From the human T2T-CHM13v2.0 reference genome, Homo sapiens: a DNA stretch of 64,000 nucleotides. The stretch is from the NCBI RefSeq assembly GCF_009914755.1, contig NC_060932.1; one strand, given 5' to 3'. Numbering within the stretch: the first letter of the stretch is position 1; every line of letters starts with the position of its first letter. Both the position numbers and the translations under genes were made by a program. This document shows positions 28,477 through 42,321 of the stretch, piece by piece. The notes below the pieces were generated by a model. The model was not told the origin of the DNA. It made no database searches and saw nothing but the letters and a program-made list of their open reading frames with translations.

Positions 28477-28789
28477 TAGTAGTCCCCCTTCATCCATGGT
28501 TTTATCTTCTGCAATTTCAGTTACCCACATCAGCCATGGTTCAAAAATATTATGGTATTTCAAGAGAGAGAAAGGCTATATTTACATAAATTTAATTACA
28601 GTATAATTTTCCTATTTTATTATTAGTTATTGTTATTAACAATATACTGTGCTTAATTTTTAAATTAAACTTTATCATAGGTATATATGAATAGAAAAAA
28701 TAGTATATTTAGGGTTTGGTACTATCCAAGATTGCAGGCATCCACTGGAGTTCTGGGAGCATATCCCTTGCAGATAAGAGGGACTACTG
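28477..28789 (+). mobile_element. MER44A (Tigger7-derived MITE)
   Basis: TIRs agtagtcccccttcatcc / gataagagggactactg, followed by TA. Internal aattaaactttatcataggtat and ggtttggtactatcc match MER44. Confidence 0.88.
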
Positions 28790-29034
28790 TACATACATAT
28801 CTATTGTTCATATATATGTTTGTGTATATATATACGTGTGCATATATATGTATATTTTATTCCTCCCCTTTCAATGGCCAAAAAAAATCTGTTTTATTTT
28901 AACAAGAAATGCATGGTAAAAATTTTGAACAGATTTATAAAGCAAGTACAACTTTAAACTAGAATCAGTTTCCTAATATAGTCCAAGAAAGGACTTACTA
29001 GAGGTTAACCTATGCTGGAAATGATAGTTGGTCT

Positions 29035-29420
29035 AAACAAACAACCAGTAGTTATTGAGTGTCTACTCTGTTTCTATCGTAACTGGTTAGGCAACTGGAG
29101 ATAGCAAAAGAAATCTACCTGCTGAATGGATCAATGAAAATAAATTCAGACATAAGTCTTTTCCCTTAAGACACTCAGTTATAAAGACAAAGCCAGAAAT
29201 CATAAAAGCACCTGGGAGTAATTGAATGTTATGATGGGCAGCACAATCAGAATGCAAAGCAAGGAATGATTTAGTGTATAGGCTAATCAGGTCACAGGTG
29301 ATGAAGGAGTTGGTGCTAGAATTAGGCCTTCAAGTATGAATGGACAATAGAAATGGAAGAGAAGGTAGAGTGAACGTTATGGAAGAAGCAGTAGGAGTGG
29401 TCATAAACAGAGCAGAAAGA
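29035..29420 (-). mobile_element. L2 fragments
   Basis: aaccagtagttattgagtgtctactctg...ttaggcaactggagatagc; gaaggagttggtgctagaattaggccttcaag. Confidence 0.55.
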
Positions 29421-29691
29421 ATCTGGAAAAATGACCACACAGATGGAGAGGATCTACGCAAAGAGAACTGCAGAAAATCAGTCAGAAGGCTCAATACTCT
29501 GGGTGCCTTCCCCTGGACCAGGCAATAAGAAGGAATAAAATCAGAGACTACCAGTTCCCGCCCTCAGAAGGAGATAATCTACCTGAGGCACATAAATATG
29601 AAAAAATAAACAGAGAACCTTTAAAAGCCGACATATACGAAAGGACCCTAAAGACAGTAGGTGCTTAGGAAAAGCGATTTAGCACTAGAGG

Positions 29692-29700
29692 GTGTGTGTG

Positions 29701-29749
<49 letters not shown>
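29692..29749. repeat. (TG)n microsatellite, about 29 units, one interruption
   Basis: Directly visible; abuts the FLAM tail. Confidence 0.97.
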
Positions 29750-29750
<1 letters not shown>

Positions 29751-29879
29751 GTTTTTTTGTTTTGAGGCAGGGTCATCCTGTGTTACCCAGGCTAGTTTCT
29801 AACTCCTGGGCTCAATGGATTCTCCCCACTCAGCCTCCTGAGTAGCTGGGACTGCAGGTGCGCACCACTGCACCCAGCT
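29750..29879 (-). mobile_element. FLAM_A-like free Alu monomer
   Basis: Single monomer: gaggcagggtc...aactcctgggctcaatggattctcc...gtagctgggactgcaggtgcgcaccactgcacccagc. Confidence 0.85.
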
Positions 29880-30751
29880 TACTTGAGGTAAATTTTTAAT
29901 ATTGCACTGTTTGAGCTTGAAAAGATCCTTTGTAGTTGATTTGGCTAGAGAGGGAGTAAAGGGACTGTACAATATAATCTTCCAGTTTTAAGCACATGGA
30001 TTCATGCATGATCAAACACGTCCTTCACATATGAGTATATGCACATGGCTATGATGTTTTAATTGATAGCTTTTGCTTGTTTGCTTTTTTATACTGCTCA
30101 AAGAATAATTTTGGCTGACCACTCTTCTATTTATTTAAGTCAGGAATTTTTGTGCCAGAAAGATGGTATCTGTTATTTGTGGCACTTGCACTACACCCTC
30201 CATTTCGCAAGGTCAGATGTAGGTGTATCCATGCAAGCTTTTTTCCTATGGCCCTAAGATGTTGGTGGAAGAAAGCTTTACTGATGTCCCAGGCAATGAG
30301 GATAATCGAGTCAATTACAGGAGCTGTGTACAGTTCTTAAGAGCATGGTGCTCTAGGCAAGTCTGTCTCACAGGGCACAGGGTTAATTAGTGTTTATTAA
30401 GTAGTTCAAATATAAAAAAGAGAGAACCAAATAGTAGCAGGGCTTAGAGGTGGTAGTTTCCCTTTTTTCTGGTCCTCGCTTTCCTTCTGGCATCTAGGCT
30501 TTCAGGCAACCTTCTGCCACCCTGTGGTTTTGGCTACATCTGGAATCCCTTAACTATTTTAAACCCTTTCCATCTGTTTCTAGACTCAAGTTCAGCAAAA
30601 GAGATGCACTGGTTAGACTCTTGCTTGGCCTTCTTTGAATAATAACTCTATTTAAAGAATGCCTTCACACTGCCAAGCACAAAGCTAGTATGAAGCACGA
30701 GTGGATTCACAGACATTATCTCATCAGAGGAGCATAACCACACTACAAACC

Positions 30752-30855
30752 AAAGGCTAGAGTGGTTAAGTCACTTGACCAAGGTCACGCAACAAGGAAG
30801 TGGCAAAGCCATGGTTAAATTTTAATTCCTTCTGGCTCTAATGTCCATAGTCTTT
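30752..30855 (-). mobile_element. MIR SINE fragment
   Basis: agtggttaagtcacttgaccaaggtcacgcaacaaggaagtggcaaagcc. Confidence 0.8.
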
Positions 30856-31254
30856 TTTCTCTTTCTGCTTTCCTACATCTACAGATTGAACTTGTAGTAA
30901 GAAACTTAGTGCTGTTTATAAAGCTCTTTCACATTTGTCAGTAGTATCAATATCAATAAGCAACAGTGGGAAAAACTTTTGAAATTACTGTTGGCCAAGA
31001 TTGGCAGCATGAGGTTTAGCCAAATGCTCACTGGAAATGTCTTTATTGGCAATTTCGAAGGGTTGTAAACTGTTGTATTCACTCCACTCTCTGGTTTGTG
31101 TGGGCCTTAACCAGGTAGGAAAAGGTCTACATGTTGATGGCTCACATGTCTTCTAATGACACGAAAAGCCAACAAGTAAAGGGACTGTGCTTCCAATGCC
31201 TTCAAGACTGGACTCTTCTTTTGGGTTAGTGAAATTTTCCGCAGTTATAATAAT

Positions 31255-31365
31255 ACTGAACTCCTCCGAGTCTCAGCTTATTCATTTTCTACCATCTACT
31301 CTGTTTCCATCCCAGAACTGTTGTAAGAATCAAGAAATAATAAGAATGTGGAAATACTCTGAATA
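31255..31365 (+). mobile_element. MIR remnant
   Basis: ctccgagtctcagcttattcat...cagaactgttgtaagaatcaagaaataataagaatgtggaaatactct. Confidence 0.5.
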
Positions 31366-32999
31366 GTTTAAAGTTACTGAAATAGAAAAATAACGTTGCT
31401 AATATTTAAGCCACTGATATTTTTATTACTCATAGTTGAAACTAATTATAATCAGTTTACAATATATGTAAAAAAACCCTGAAAGCTTGAAATGAAGCAC
31501 TTTTCATAAAAGGTTGAGGTTTGGGGATGTAATTCTTTGACTGTTGTAATATATTAGTATGCAGACAATTTTTGGACAGAGAGTAGAGATTAACCCATAA
31601 ATGTCTGCTACCTGCTAGCAGTAGATTTTTGTCTGTGGTGATATCTAATAAATTGCTAGTGTTTTTTTCTGCAATGCATGTGTTGATGCACTGATGTGTA
31701 AATACATTGTTTTACACACATTTATGGCGAAGGAAAAGTAAGATTGTCCAGCCAGTGACCAATATATTGCTCAAAACAAAATTAATTCACAAAACTTTCT
31801 CTGTTGAGCTGGACAGCAACTTTAGTCTCTGTAGTAAGAAGTCTGCCAAATTTTCTCTCTCCTGATTCTCTACTCACAGTCATTTAATGAACCTCATAAA
31901 AGCTAATATCCCAATTTAGCGGTTCTCTCCTTCGTGTTTCACTAAGGAAACAGTTCTTATAATAAAATAAACATGCAGACGGACTCAGGGCAAAAGCATA
32001 TTCTGTATATTATGTTAATAAAAACATGTTTTGCTTTGTGAAGAAAAAAACACCTAGTGATAGCCTAAAATATAACAGAAAAAATATGAATATCATCCCA
32101 CTCAAAAGTCAGAATTATGATGCTATCTCAAATCACCACCATCTCATTCCATCAGTTAAATTTAAGACAGAGTTTTTGCCTAAAGCAAAGACGGAGCACA
32201 TACCGCAGGATGATGTCGAGATGTTCAAAGGGCAATATTAGAGCATTGAAGGAGAAGTTGTTTGGAATCAAAACAGTATGGTGAAATTTGTTCAATGCAA
32301 TTTTTGTTTCTTTCTAGTTCATGCTAGTCATTGCGTCAATGAGGGAAAAGGAGCTAGGAAGATACCAGTCCATTCTAGCATAGTTTAGAATTTCATTTTG
32401 TTCTGAAGCCACCACGGAGTGACGATAAAGCCTAAAAGGAATTCAGTGGAAGGGTCGACTGCTTAACAGTTCCCTACTCAGTCAAAGAGTCAAATCTGCT
32501 TGAGAATGGTATTGTGGAATCCCAAGAAAATGGGACATTTGATTAGCCACCAATCTCATATCCTCATCAGGAGAATGCAGTTGAGAATCCGATAAGATCT
32601 CAGAATCCAGAGAAAACTACTGGGAATGAAATTCCTATTCCTGTAAAAACAGAGTCATCCTAGTATAGTAGCACTTTGAAGAGTAACTAATTTGTGTGTG
32701 TGCATGTGTGTGTGTGTGTTTGCACGTGCAGGTGCAGAAAAGTACTTGATACATAAAAAATACTTTACAGCTAAAATCTATATACAGGTTGAATGCTATT
32801 AATAAAAAGCAAATCAGATGACTCAACCTCATCAATAATTTTGTTTCAATGTACATATTTATTTGACTGGTCATATTAGAGACACAGTAGCAAAATTGAT
32901 TACTTTTCTTTTTTTCAATATCGCTGCATTCTTCTAATTCCATAACAGTCTCCATACACCCTCCCCTCCCTCTGGCTTTTCACAACCACAATTGCCACT

Positions 33000-33236
33000 G
33001 CCACCATCATGCCTGCCCTCTTATACTCTCTCATTGCTTTCAGTACCTTTATAGCATGTAAGTCAATTGGAATTCTATATATATTTATATAGCGAATTAA
33101 TATTTGACTACTCCACAATACTGAAAAACAACAATGACAGGAACTGCATTCCTCTTACTTGTTGCAGTGACTATAATGTGACTATCATCATTCTGGCACT
33201 TAGTAGGTGGTCAGTAAATACTTATTAAATAAATGA
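33000..33236 (+). mobile_element. L2 3' end
   Basis: tctggcacttagtaggtggtcagtaaatacttattaaataaatga is the L2 terminus. Confidence 0.75.
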
Positions 33237-33919
33237 GTTTATTGAAACCTAAGTCAAGTTTTTTTTTTTTTTTTTTTCATTAACCACTGTGGAGGATTAA
33301 CAGATAAATTAGGATTTAGAAAGAGAGAAAAGACAGGTACACAAAAAGCTATACTGCAGACCAGGATGTCATCAATATTACCATGTAGATACAAGTACTA
33401 AAGAAGTATTATTTGTGGAGGGGTGATTAATTCTGGCCACTAATGAAGACAGAATGATTCCATTATATAAACACCCATTAACTTGAGTAAAGATTTGCAG
33501 ACAGTGTCTTGATGGCTGATGCAGAATACCTGTTTCTTTGTTATTGTTTTTTACATTTGGTATATATGTATCAGAGAATGGAATGCCACCCTGAACTTTT
33601 ACTTTATATTCTAGAAGAAAAAGGCATTATATAAACAACCATACATAATGGAATAGGAGTACTAATTAGAAAAGCATGACTTCTACATCATTGTAATTTT
33701 TCTCTCCAGATCCCATTCAAGTATGAGCATTAATTAATGAATATTATTAAGCTCTTTATTTGCTGAATGTTCTTATTCACATTTGAACATTTTAAATAAA
33801 TAGAACATTTCTAATTTAACTGAAAGACTTGACAGCAAAATAATGCTCACTAAAGACAAAGTTGCAATAAACACAACTCTCATAGACTACTAACGGGAGA
33901 GAAAATTGATATTTCATTT

Positions 33920-34470
33920 CTGAGCAAATTAACTTTAATGTGTTCATGTTCTTTGCTCAGAATTTATATCTCAATGTAGTATTTATTTTTCTAAATATTT
34001 GTAGATGAGATATTTGTTGAAGTTTTTATCTGTAATAGTAAAAAATGAAAACAATTGCAATTTTAAAAATAGAGAATTGGTTGAATTACAGGAACTATGA
34101 GACCATGAAAACCATAAATGAGGAAAATGTTTTCTCAGTTTCTATACTGTATATCTTATGTGAAATACTAATAAGGAAATAATATGGAAGTTAAACTGCC
34201 ATTAAATGGTCCAGATAACTCAAATGTTTCCTATACCCACAGTCTAATCACAGCTCACAATTCACAAACTACTGCTGAAGAAGAATATTAATTGAAGCAG
34301 GAAGTTTTTAAACAGACTGTTAAAAGTCCTACAGGGAAGATAGGAAGGCAGCTCCGTCTTTAAATGCACAGAAAAATATTAACAGCGTTTGTCACTGAGT
34401 AATGGGATTATAGTTTAATTTTTGTTTGAGAGTTTGATTATTTTTTCTTCTTCAACTCTTTTACAGTTAA
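33920..34470 (+). mobile_element. Possible old L1ME 3' fragment
   Basis: gatatttgttgaagtttttatctgtaatagtaaaaaatgaaaacaa...aatagagaattggttgaattaca resembles an L1ME 3' region. Confidence 0.45.
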
Positions 34471-37039
34471 AAAGTTTTAAAAATGAAAAGCATTAACTTT
34501 TTAATCATGGAGAATGGTTATTTTAAATTAAAAAAAGTAACCTGATTTTATTTTTAAAGTCTAGTACTGCTCAAAACCTAATACTTTTATATATTTTCTC
34601 TGATAACCATTCTTGCTAAATCTGCATCCAGCAGCAGAGAGGGAAATATCTGCAATGCTTTTGTAAGCCTGATCCTGGCATTCCCCTTTCAAGCTGAACT
34701 AATGTAATCAAGAGAACGTGTGCCAATAGTGCATTCTAATAGACATGATCATGACTATACATAATTTTATTTTTGAGAATTTGAAAGAGCGCATTATGAA
34801 ATAAAATCATTCTCTTAAGTGAATCTCTTACAACAAAATTAGCTCATACAAATATTTGGTCAAGCAGATGCTATCTAAGTTTGCAAGTGCCAAATAGGTG
34901 GTATTCTTTCTCAATATCCGTTGTGGTGCTTTTACGTATTTTCCTCTAAAATAAATAAGTTTTCTTTAACGGAATCTCACCAATAAGCAATTGTACAATC
35001 AGTTACACCTTTTTGGCCCGTGTGGGAAGGATTGGCTTAAAGGGAATCTGCTGGGTTATTCATTGCCATCCACTGTGTATTTCATAGTGCAAAAACACAG
35101 GAATGCCTCTCACACTCACCCTAAAGTTTTCCCTTTGATAAAACCAGCCAGTACCAGCCAGCTGTTGGGAGCTGGATTTTCAAATATTGTTAATTTTGCC
35201 TAAACATAGCCCCTTTTCAGGCTGTCTCTGTGGTCAACTCTTGTTTACGTAACAATTTTCATTAAATAGAATCATGTTTTTGCCAAAATGTTTTTAAAGG
35301 AGTTTTCATATCATGCTGCTTGTGGAAAACTAACATTTGCCCTGAGTAGATAAATTAGAATAAAGAAATGTTAACAAATTTTAGTTAGGTGATATTAGCC
35401 ACTATGCCATTGCGGAAAAAAAAAAAAAAACACAACTCTGGGCATTAGGCCTTGTCTCTGTTTAAAAATAAGAAAAAAGAAGGAGCTCGAAGAGTGTTAT
35501 AAGAGTGTTAGGGTCAGAGGAGCTCTACTTTGAGACTTTCTCCTAGACTTACTCAAAAAGATTTCAAAAAAATTAAGGAAAATAATTGTTTGGTGATGTG
35601 ATTCAATGCTATTCAATACTACGCTTCTGGACTACCTAACCATCCCTTGTACTTCCAGCGGTGTTTATCTCCTACTTTGGAAATTACTGCCCTAGAATGA
35701 TGCTGTGACCCTATGTAGTTGCCTGCATCTCCCCCTTTGCACTGTAAAGGACCTCTAACATCTCTCAGGGACTTTGCTTTAGCTACGTAACTCTTAGCTC
35801 TTAGCTTAGATCACCTGCTTAAGGGAAAGAATGGTGTCAGGTATGGTTATGGCTCTCTCATACATTTTCCGGTATGTCTTCGTGAGTCCTTTAATTTTTA
35901 GCCTTTCTTGAGACAAACTCTATATTCAAACTCAGCTAGGTGCTTTACTTGTCACCAAGAATGGCATATTTTTGAGGTACTAAATAAATAATAAATAACG
36001 CCAAGTCTTACTTTTCTATACTTATGTGCTGATAATTTAGTATCTGCATGGGTACCAGATGATGTCATTGCTGTGCGCTTTAAGTCTTTCTTTATTACAG
36101 CCATGCTAGCATTATTTTTAGCACAGCAGGTGTCAAAAAGGTTTATTTTGAAAGAAAGAAAACATAAAAATGAATTATTTATGTGAGTTAAATCAAAATG
36201 TACTTGATATAAATGTTTAATCAGTTTTTCACCAACTTCTTTCCATATGCTCTGCCCTGCTCAATGGTGCAGTTCTAATGGAATTACTAAATATATCTTA
36301 ATAGCTCAGCATACAGCATTATGCAATGGTACTTACACAGGAGGAATTTTTCAACTCATATTAAACAGGTCAAATGATTTTTTAAAATCTCTAGAATGCT
36401 TACTGTTTTATAGAAGATTATTATTCAATCGGCATAGAAAAATTCAGTAAGTTTGACACTTAAAATGTGCTACGTTGACCATATTTAAAGTTTCTCATTC
36501 CTTAAAAAAGATGAGAAGATTAGAAAATAACTTTAATTTTGACTGTAATTGCAAATGTTTTTTCCCTTGCTTTCATAAGTAATCAGCAGATTTGCTGTTA
36601 CTCCTGGAATATAAATGTTACAGAATTAAAATGAGGATTCCAAGAAAGACTACACCATGACTAAAGGACAATTTTTATATTATGGAGGAAACTGAAAACC
36701 TGAAGGCAGGACCAAGATTTATAGTCTTTGCCAACTTTTCAACTGATCTCAACTGGTTGCTTTCATATTTCTGTTCTTTGAATTACCTACTCTTTTGAGA
36801 TCAGTAAAGTCCAACTCTTTGTTTTTATTATGTGTCACTTTTTCAGCCAAATCAATGTCTACAAAAAACTCCTTATTATTTTTATATGCAGACACTTCAC
36901 CCTTTGAAATCTTCCAATTTCTATGGTTATAATCTAAGGGCGAATCACTCAAGCAAAGAGTAAATGTCCCAGTCAGATACTGATTTCATAAGAGGGTGCT
37001 TAACCTCCAGCTCAATGATGGTAATAATGGTCACAAATA

Positions 37040-37200
37040 TAATGTTAGTAGATGTCTACTGAGAGCTGTCCATGAGCCAGTGAAGTGGTCAATGTTCTTT
37101 GTATGCTGTACAAGATTTTTTCACATAACTCTATGAGGTAGGTGCAAACCTTATTTTCAGAAAAAATAGTGGAAACACTAAGAAAGAGGTTAATTTATCT
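37040..37200 (-). mobile_element. MIR SINE
   Basis: tcacataactctatgaggtaggtgc...gtggaaacactaagaaagaggttaattta. Confidence 0.65.
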
Positions 37201-37324
37201 TCATAAAGAGAAAGCAAGAAGATACAATAGAAATAGCAGTTGAGTTTAGGAGACTGAAGATTATTTGGGTTTGAGGGTCAACGGTTAAACCTATGATATG
37301 ACTTTGGGCAAATAACTCCAGTAA

Positions 37325-37355
37325 CAAAAGCAATCTTAATCACCAAGAAAGGCAT

Positions 37356-37398
<43 letters not shown>

Positions 37399-37790
37399 AG
37401 ACAATAATTCTCTTATTAAAGAGAATCCAAACACAAATCAAATTTTATCTATACTTTGTACAAAGCCACAAGCATCTATTTTTACAAATCTGCATTACAG
37501 CATGCACTCTTCTCATCACATTTTAATAAAAATGGACCAGCAGCAGAGACAATGCAGGGAAGGACAACTAAAATGATTAAAGGGAATAGAGGCTTTCTTA
37601 AGGGGATAGACTGTAAAATTATGGTATTTCATTGTGGAAAGCTAAAGGTGAAGTAGAGATATTTAACAGGTAATAAAATGGCAAATGTGGATTTGGTGGA
37701 CAAAGCATTCATTACCTGGAGTATTAGCCGTAGAAGAACCTCCTTAAAGTTTGGAAAAAGTTTGAAAATTATGTTTAGAAAAAAACTAGA
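37325..37790 (+). mobile_element. CR1/L3-type LINE ORF2 C-terminal remnant
   Basis: ORF 37456-37656 LYKA...SSHFNKNGPAAETMQGRTTKMIKG resembles the CR1 motif LYKAL...WSPHFKKDI.KLERVQRRATKMIKG; downstream agaagaacctccttaaagtttggaa resembles TRGHSLKL. Confidence 0.7.
37359..37395. repeat. (AC)18 microsatellite
   Basis: Directly visible. Confidence 0.97.
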
Positions 37791-38499
37791 AAGCAATTAT
37801 GGTATTAGTTTATCCAATAAATAAACATAAGTATATATTATTAGAGAGCATCAAAGGAAAAGCACGTAAGCCTGAAAAGATTGGGCTAAATGGTTTAAGT
37901 ATGCAGCTGAGCACATTTTGAACAGGATATAGAAATATTTCCTCAATTTTCTGCAGTTAGTAACATGAAGCATCAATCTTCCCTGCCACATAGTAGTGAC
38001 AACATTCACCAAACCCAAGAAATAGGAAACTTGACTCCATAAAGGAGGATTTAAAATAGACAAAGACAAACTACCAGAGACAGAGTTTTTGCTCTATGGT
38101 TCTGTATAGATCATTTCCAACAAATGGATGAGAATTTCTCCTTGACTTCCTGGCATCAGGGACTCGGTAGGGGCCCATGGATTTGTGTTGATAGGGAAGG
38201 TTACGCATGACCACGGTAGTTGACATTAGCAGAATCAAAGGGAGAACCTTGTTCCTGAGACTCTCCATCACAGTTCTGAGCAGGAACACCTATTCTAGAC
38301 TTCTCTATTTCCTATTTTAATTCCTTTCCTTACCTTTCTCAACAGTGGAAAATGCAGTAACAACAGTAAGTGGAAAAGGCGATGTTTAACAATAGTAAGT
38401 AGTGGATGGAATGATGAAAATAACTGGGAGCTTATTATGGCCTTCCATACACTGATTCATTTTATCCACTGAGCACATGTAAAGAACAGCTTTGACTTT

Positions 38500-38829
38500 T
38501 GCCTGTTTAGCATCCGTCCTCCTCTTTTCCTGGTGACAGCATTGTAACAGAACCAGTTCTCTCCATTCCATTCTTCTGGGCAAGGTGATTGGTTGAGGAA
38601 AAGGCAAATGATCCAAGACAATCTTGTAATAATTTATCAGGAGAGCTTTGGTGGAATAATTGGGGAAGAGACACTCTCCTTCTTCTGGGGTCACTATGTG
38701 TAGGGGTGACATGACCCTGGAAAGGTCAGGAGCCACGAGAGATCACCAGAAAAGAAGCCAATACTAAGAAAAGCAGAGTCAGGAGATGAGGACAGAAAGC
38801 TTGACTGTGAGAAGGTAAGCAAAAGTGAG

Positions 38830-38883
<54 letters not shown>

Positions 38884-39036
38884 GTTGAATCCCAATTTCA
38901 GCCCATGCATCAAGACAGACTTGAAGTTTGTCAGCCACTGACATTTTCATGTCAGTCACTGAATTTTTGTTTCTGTTTCCTTAAGCACTTTTGAGATGAG
39001 TGTTTGTTGTTTGTTACTTGCATAGTCCTGGTTATT
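38500..39036 (+). mobile_element. Old MaLR LTR (MLT1K/L-like)
   Basis: ggtgattggttgaggaaaaggcaaatgatccaag; gaagccaatactaagaaaagcagagtcaggagatg; cttaagcacttttgagatgag...tgttacttgca. Confidence 0.65.
38832..38880. repeat. (TG)19(AG)n compound microsatellite
   Basis: Directly visible. Confidence 0.97.
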
Positions 39037-39949
39037 AAAAAAAACTTTATGAAGATTGTATTATTACCATTTTACAGAGTAAAACACTGAGCCTCATAAG
39101 TATTCATTCAAAAACTGAACATTCTACTTAGTACTGCCTAGTTTCTTTGAAAACCTTATTCGAATTTTTCATAGATCTTAATTTTTAATTTTTATATTTG
39201 AATCTGTTTATTCATTCCTAATACAACTATACTTTTTCTAGGTATTCTTAATAATTTTTTAAGATTATACAGCAATAAACTAAAATCATGGTCTCAAAAT
39301 CATTTCTAGATGGTTTTTTTGTGCATTGTACTAATTTACCTATACAGAAATCCACCTGAAAAATGGTTTGCACTCACAATTTCTTCATTCCATGGTTTGT
39401 AGAATATTTGCAAATGAGATGTGAATATTTATAGACATTTGTGACATTACTACTGCATTTAGAAGCTTTTATACCAAATTATAGATTCATGTAAAGGTTA
39501 TAAATTAGAAGCTTTACAGAAAATGTCTAAATATTTATGAATTTAACTACATTTAGGAATAAATTTGCAAATTTTACATTTGCTATTTTTTCACATTTAT
39601 GAGCAAATATGAGTTTTCTAATAATCTATCAAAAGGAGTCGGCACTCAGAAAAGCACAAACCCCAGATGGAAATGTTGTCTTCATTTTCTCTGGGTGTCT
39701 CCCTCCCGCTCTGTCTCCGTCTTTCTCATCTCCTCCTCTCTCCCGACTCCCTTCTCCACCAGAAATAAAATATGCAAGATTCACCAAGGAGATTTCAGTG
39801 CTTCCAATAATCCCTGGTATTTACGAGTTGTCAATCATATTATCTCTTATTTTTAACTCTCTAATCAGTCATCCGTCAACCATCAGTATCCAGGGGGGAG
39901 AAATTACACTCTGGAGTTCTTACAACATCAGGATCTAATTATCTCAGAT

Positions 39950-40630
39950 ATTATGCTATGGTCCAGCTGAATGTGCTTGGAATGGACACAGGGAAAGGCA
40001 CTTGCTCTTTTTGGCCACACCCCTAGTGAACTGGACTTTTCTGCTTCTGTGCACTTCACCACTGGAAGGAGAGGGAGGGAGGAAGCCATCTCAATTCTGG
40101 TGCTTCAGGTTAGGCTGCACTTCCACCAGGTCACCACCTGCCTACACTTTGCTACAGGGATCCCCAGTGGAATGAGCAGCCAGCATCTGGATGACCCACC
40201 ACTTCATGACCTGCTCACATCCAAGGGTCTTTTTCTGCACCCCTCCACAGCCACTTGACCTGGTCATCACAGTAATTGCACCAGTACTGAACTCCCAATG
40301 GGCCAGTATCCTACCGTTTGCACCCACCTTTAAGTCCACTTACTCTCAAATAGTCCTTTGACCCCACTGAGACTTTCAATTAACAAAAAACTACTATTTC
40401 TTCACAGTCCTCAGTCTATCATGTTATCACTTTCCTCCTTACTCAGCTGAAAGGCCATGGCCCATTACACAATCATCTCCATTAAAACACTGTTAACTCC
40501 CTTGACTCTCTCTCTCTTTTCTATCAGGCTAAATTTCAACCTTGGTGAAACCCAAGTACCTAGCAGAGTTGCTGAACATTACTGGAGATTAACATACCAC
40601 TATACTAACTTTAACTTCAGAAACAAAAAT
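39950..40630 (+). mobile_element. L2 ORF2 endonuclease-region remnant
   Basis: Translation HLDDP-LHDLLTSKGLFLHPSTAT followed by cttgacctggtcatcac (LDLVIT) matches the APE-endonuclease C-terminal motifs of L2. Confidence 0.72.
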
Positions 40631-41958
40631 ATTGCATTAGTATTCAGCAATGATGATTCACATCATCAGTTGCAAAGCTGCCATCCTTTCCTTCTCACAA
40701 TGGACCAGTTTTGGTAACTCAGGCGAAAGACAGACTGCATGTGGAATGGTCTAATGAGACTAGTTCAGAAATGGGCACAAAATTCAATTATAGTGGTTTA
40801 GATATAAGGGAAGATTGCATGTGGTTTCTTACTCATTTCAGAGAGCAACTAGAAATTCACTGGCATGTGATACAAATTACAGATAAAGCCTAGAACTTCT
40901 CCAGCCATTTTCTTGGCATCAAGACAGCAAGATCACTTGTGCATGATGCTAACTCCAAGGAAGATAGAGCAGATATAATTTTTTTAAATTCAGATATTTC
41001 AGTGTTATACAGATCAACAAGACAGAAATCTAACAAAGATATTCTGGACTTAAACTAGACAATTGACAAACTTGACGTAGCAGACATCTACAGAACACTC
41101 CACCCAACAACGGCAGAATATACAGTCTTCTCATCTGCACATGGCACATACTCTAAGATCAACCACATGCTCGGCCATAAAACAAGCCTCAACAAATTCA
41201 TATGGAACCCAAAAAAGAGCCTGAATTGCCAAAGCAATCCTAAACAAAAATAACAAAGCCAGAGGCATTATACTGCCTGACTTCAAACTATACCACAAGG
41301 CTATAGTAACCAAAAAATCATGGTATTGGTACAAAAACAGATACATAGACAAATGGAACAGGATAGGGAACCCAGAAATAAAGCTGCACACCTACAATCC
41401 ACTGGTCTTTGACAGAGTCAACAATAACAAGCAATTGGGAAAGGACTCTCTGCTTAATAAATGGCGCTGGGAAAACTGGCTAGCCATATACAGAAGCCTG
41501 AAACTGGACCCCTTCCTTTCACCATATACAAAAATTAACTCAAGATGAATTAAACACTTAAGTGTAAGACCTACATTATAAAAACTCTAGAAGAAAACCT
41601 AGGAAAAATCATTCTGAACATCAACCTTGGAAAATAATTTACGACCAACTCCCCAGAAACAATTGCAACAAAAACCAAAATAGACAAGTGGGACTTAATT
41701 AAACTAAAGAGCTTCTGCACAGCAAAAGAAACTATAAACAGGAAACAGACAACCTACAGATTAGAGAAAATATTCACAAACTATACCTCCTACTAAGGTA
41801 TAATATCAAGTCCATAAAGAACTTCAATAACTCAACAAACCAAAAACAAATAACCCCATTAAAAAATGGGCAATGGATATGAATAGACATTTCACAAAAG
41901 AAGACATGCATGAGGCCAATGAATATATGAAAAAATAGATATCATTACTACTCATTAA

Positions 41959-42321
<363 letters not shown>

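Noticed and set aside
28466-28800. Inverted symmetry extending about 11 bp beyond the MER44A TIRs
   Set aside because: Flanks are TA/TG low-complexity sequence, which is self-complementary by composition.
32100-32640. Coding-looking stretch, possible processed pseudogene
   Set aside because: The frames I translated are interrupted by stops, no protein is recognisable, and I saw no poly(A)/TSD pair.
33259-33277. Orphan poly(T)/poly(A) runs (also near 35416, 48268, 54089) as retrocopy tails
   Set aside because: No flanking TSD or recognisable retroposed body found.
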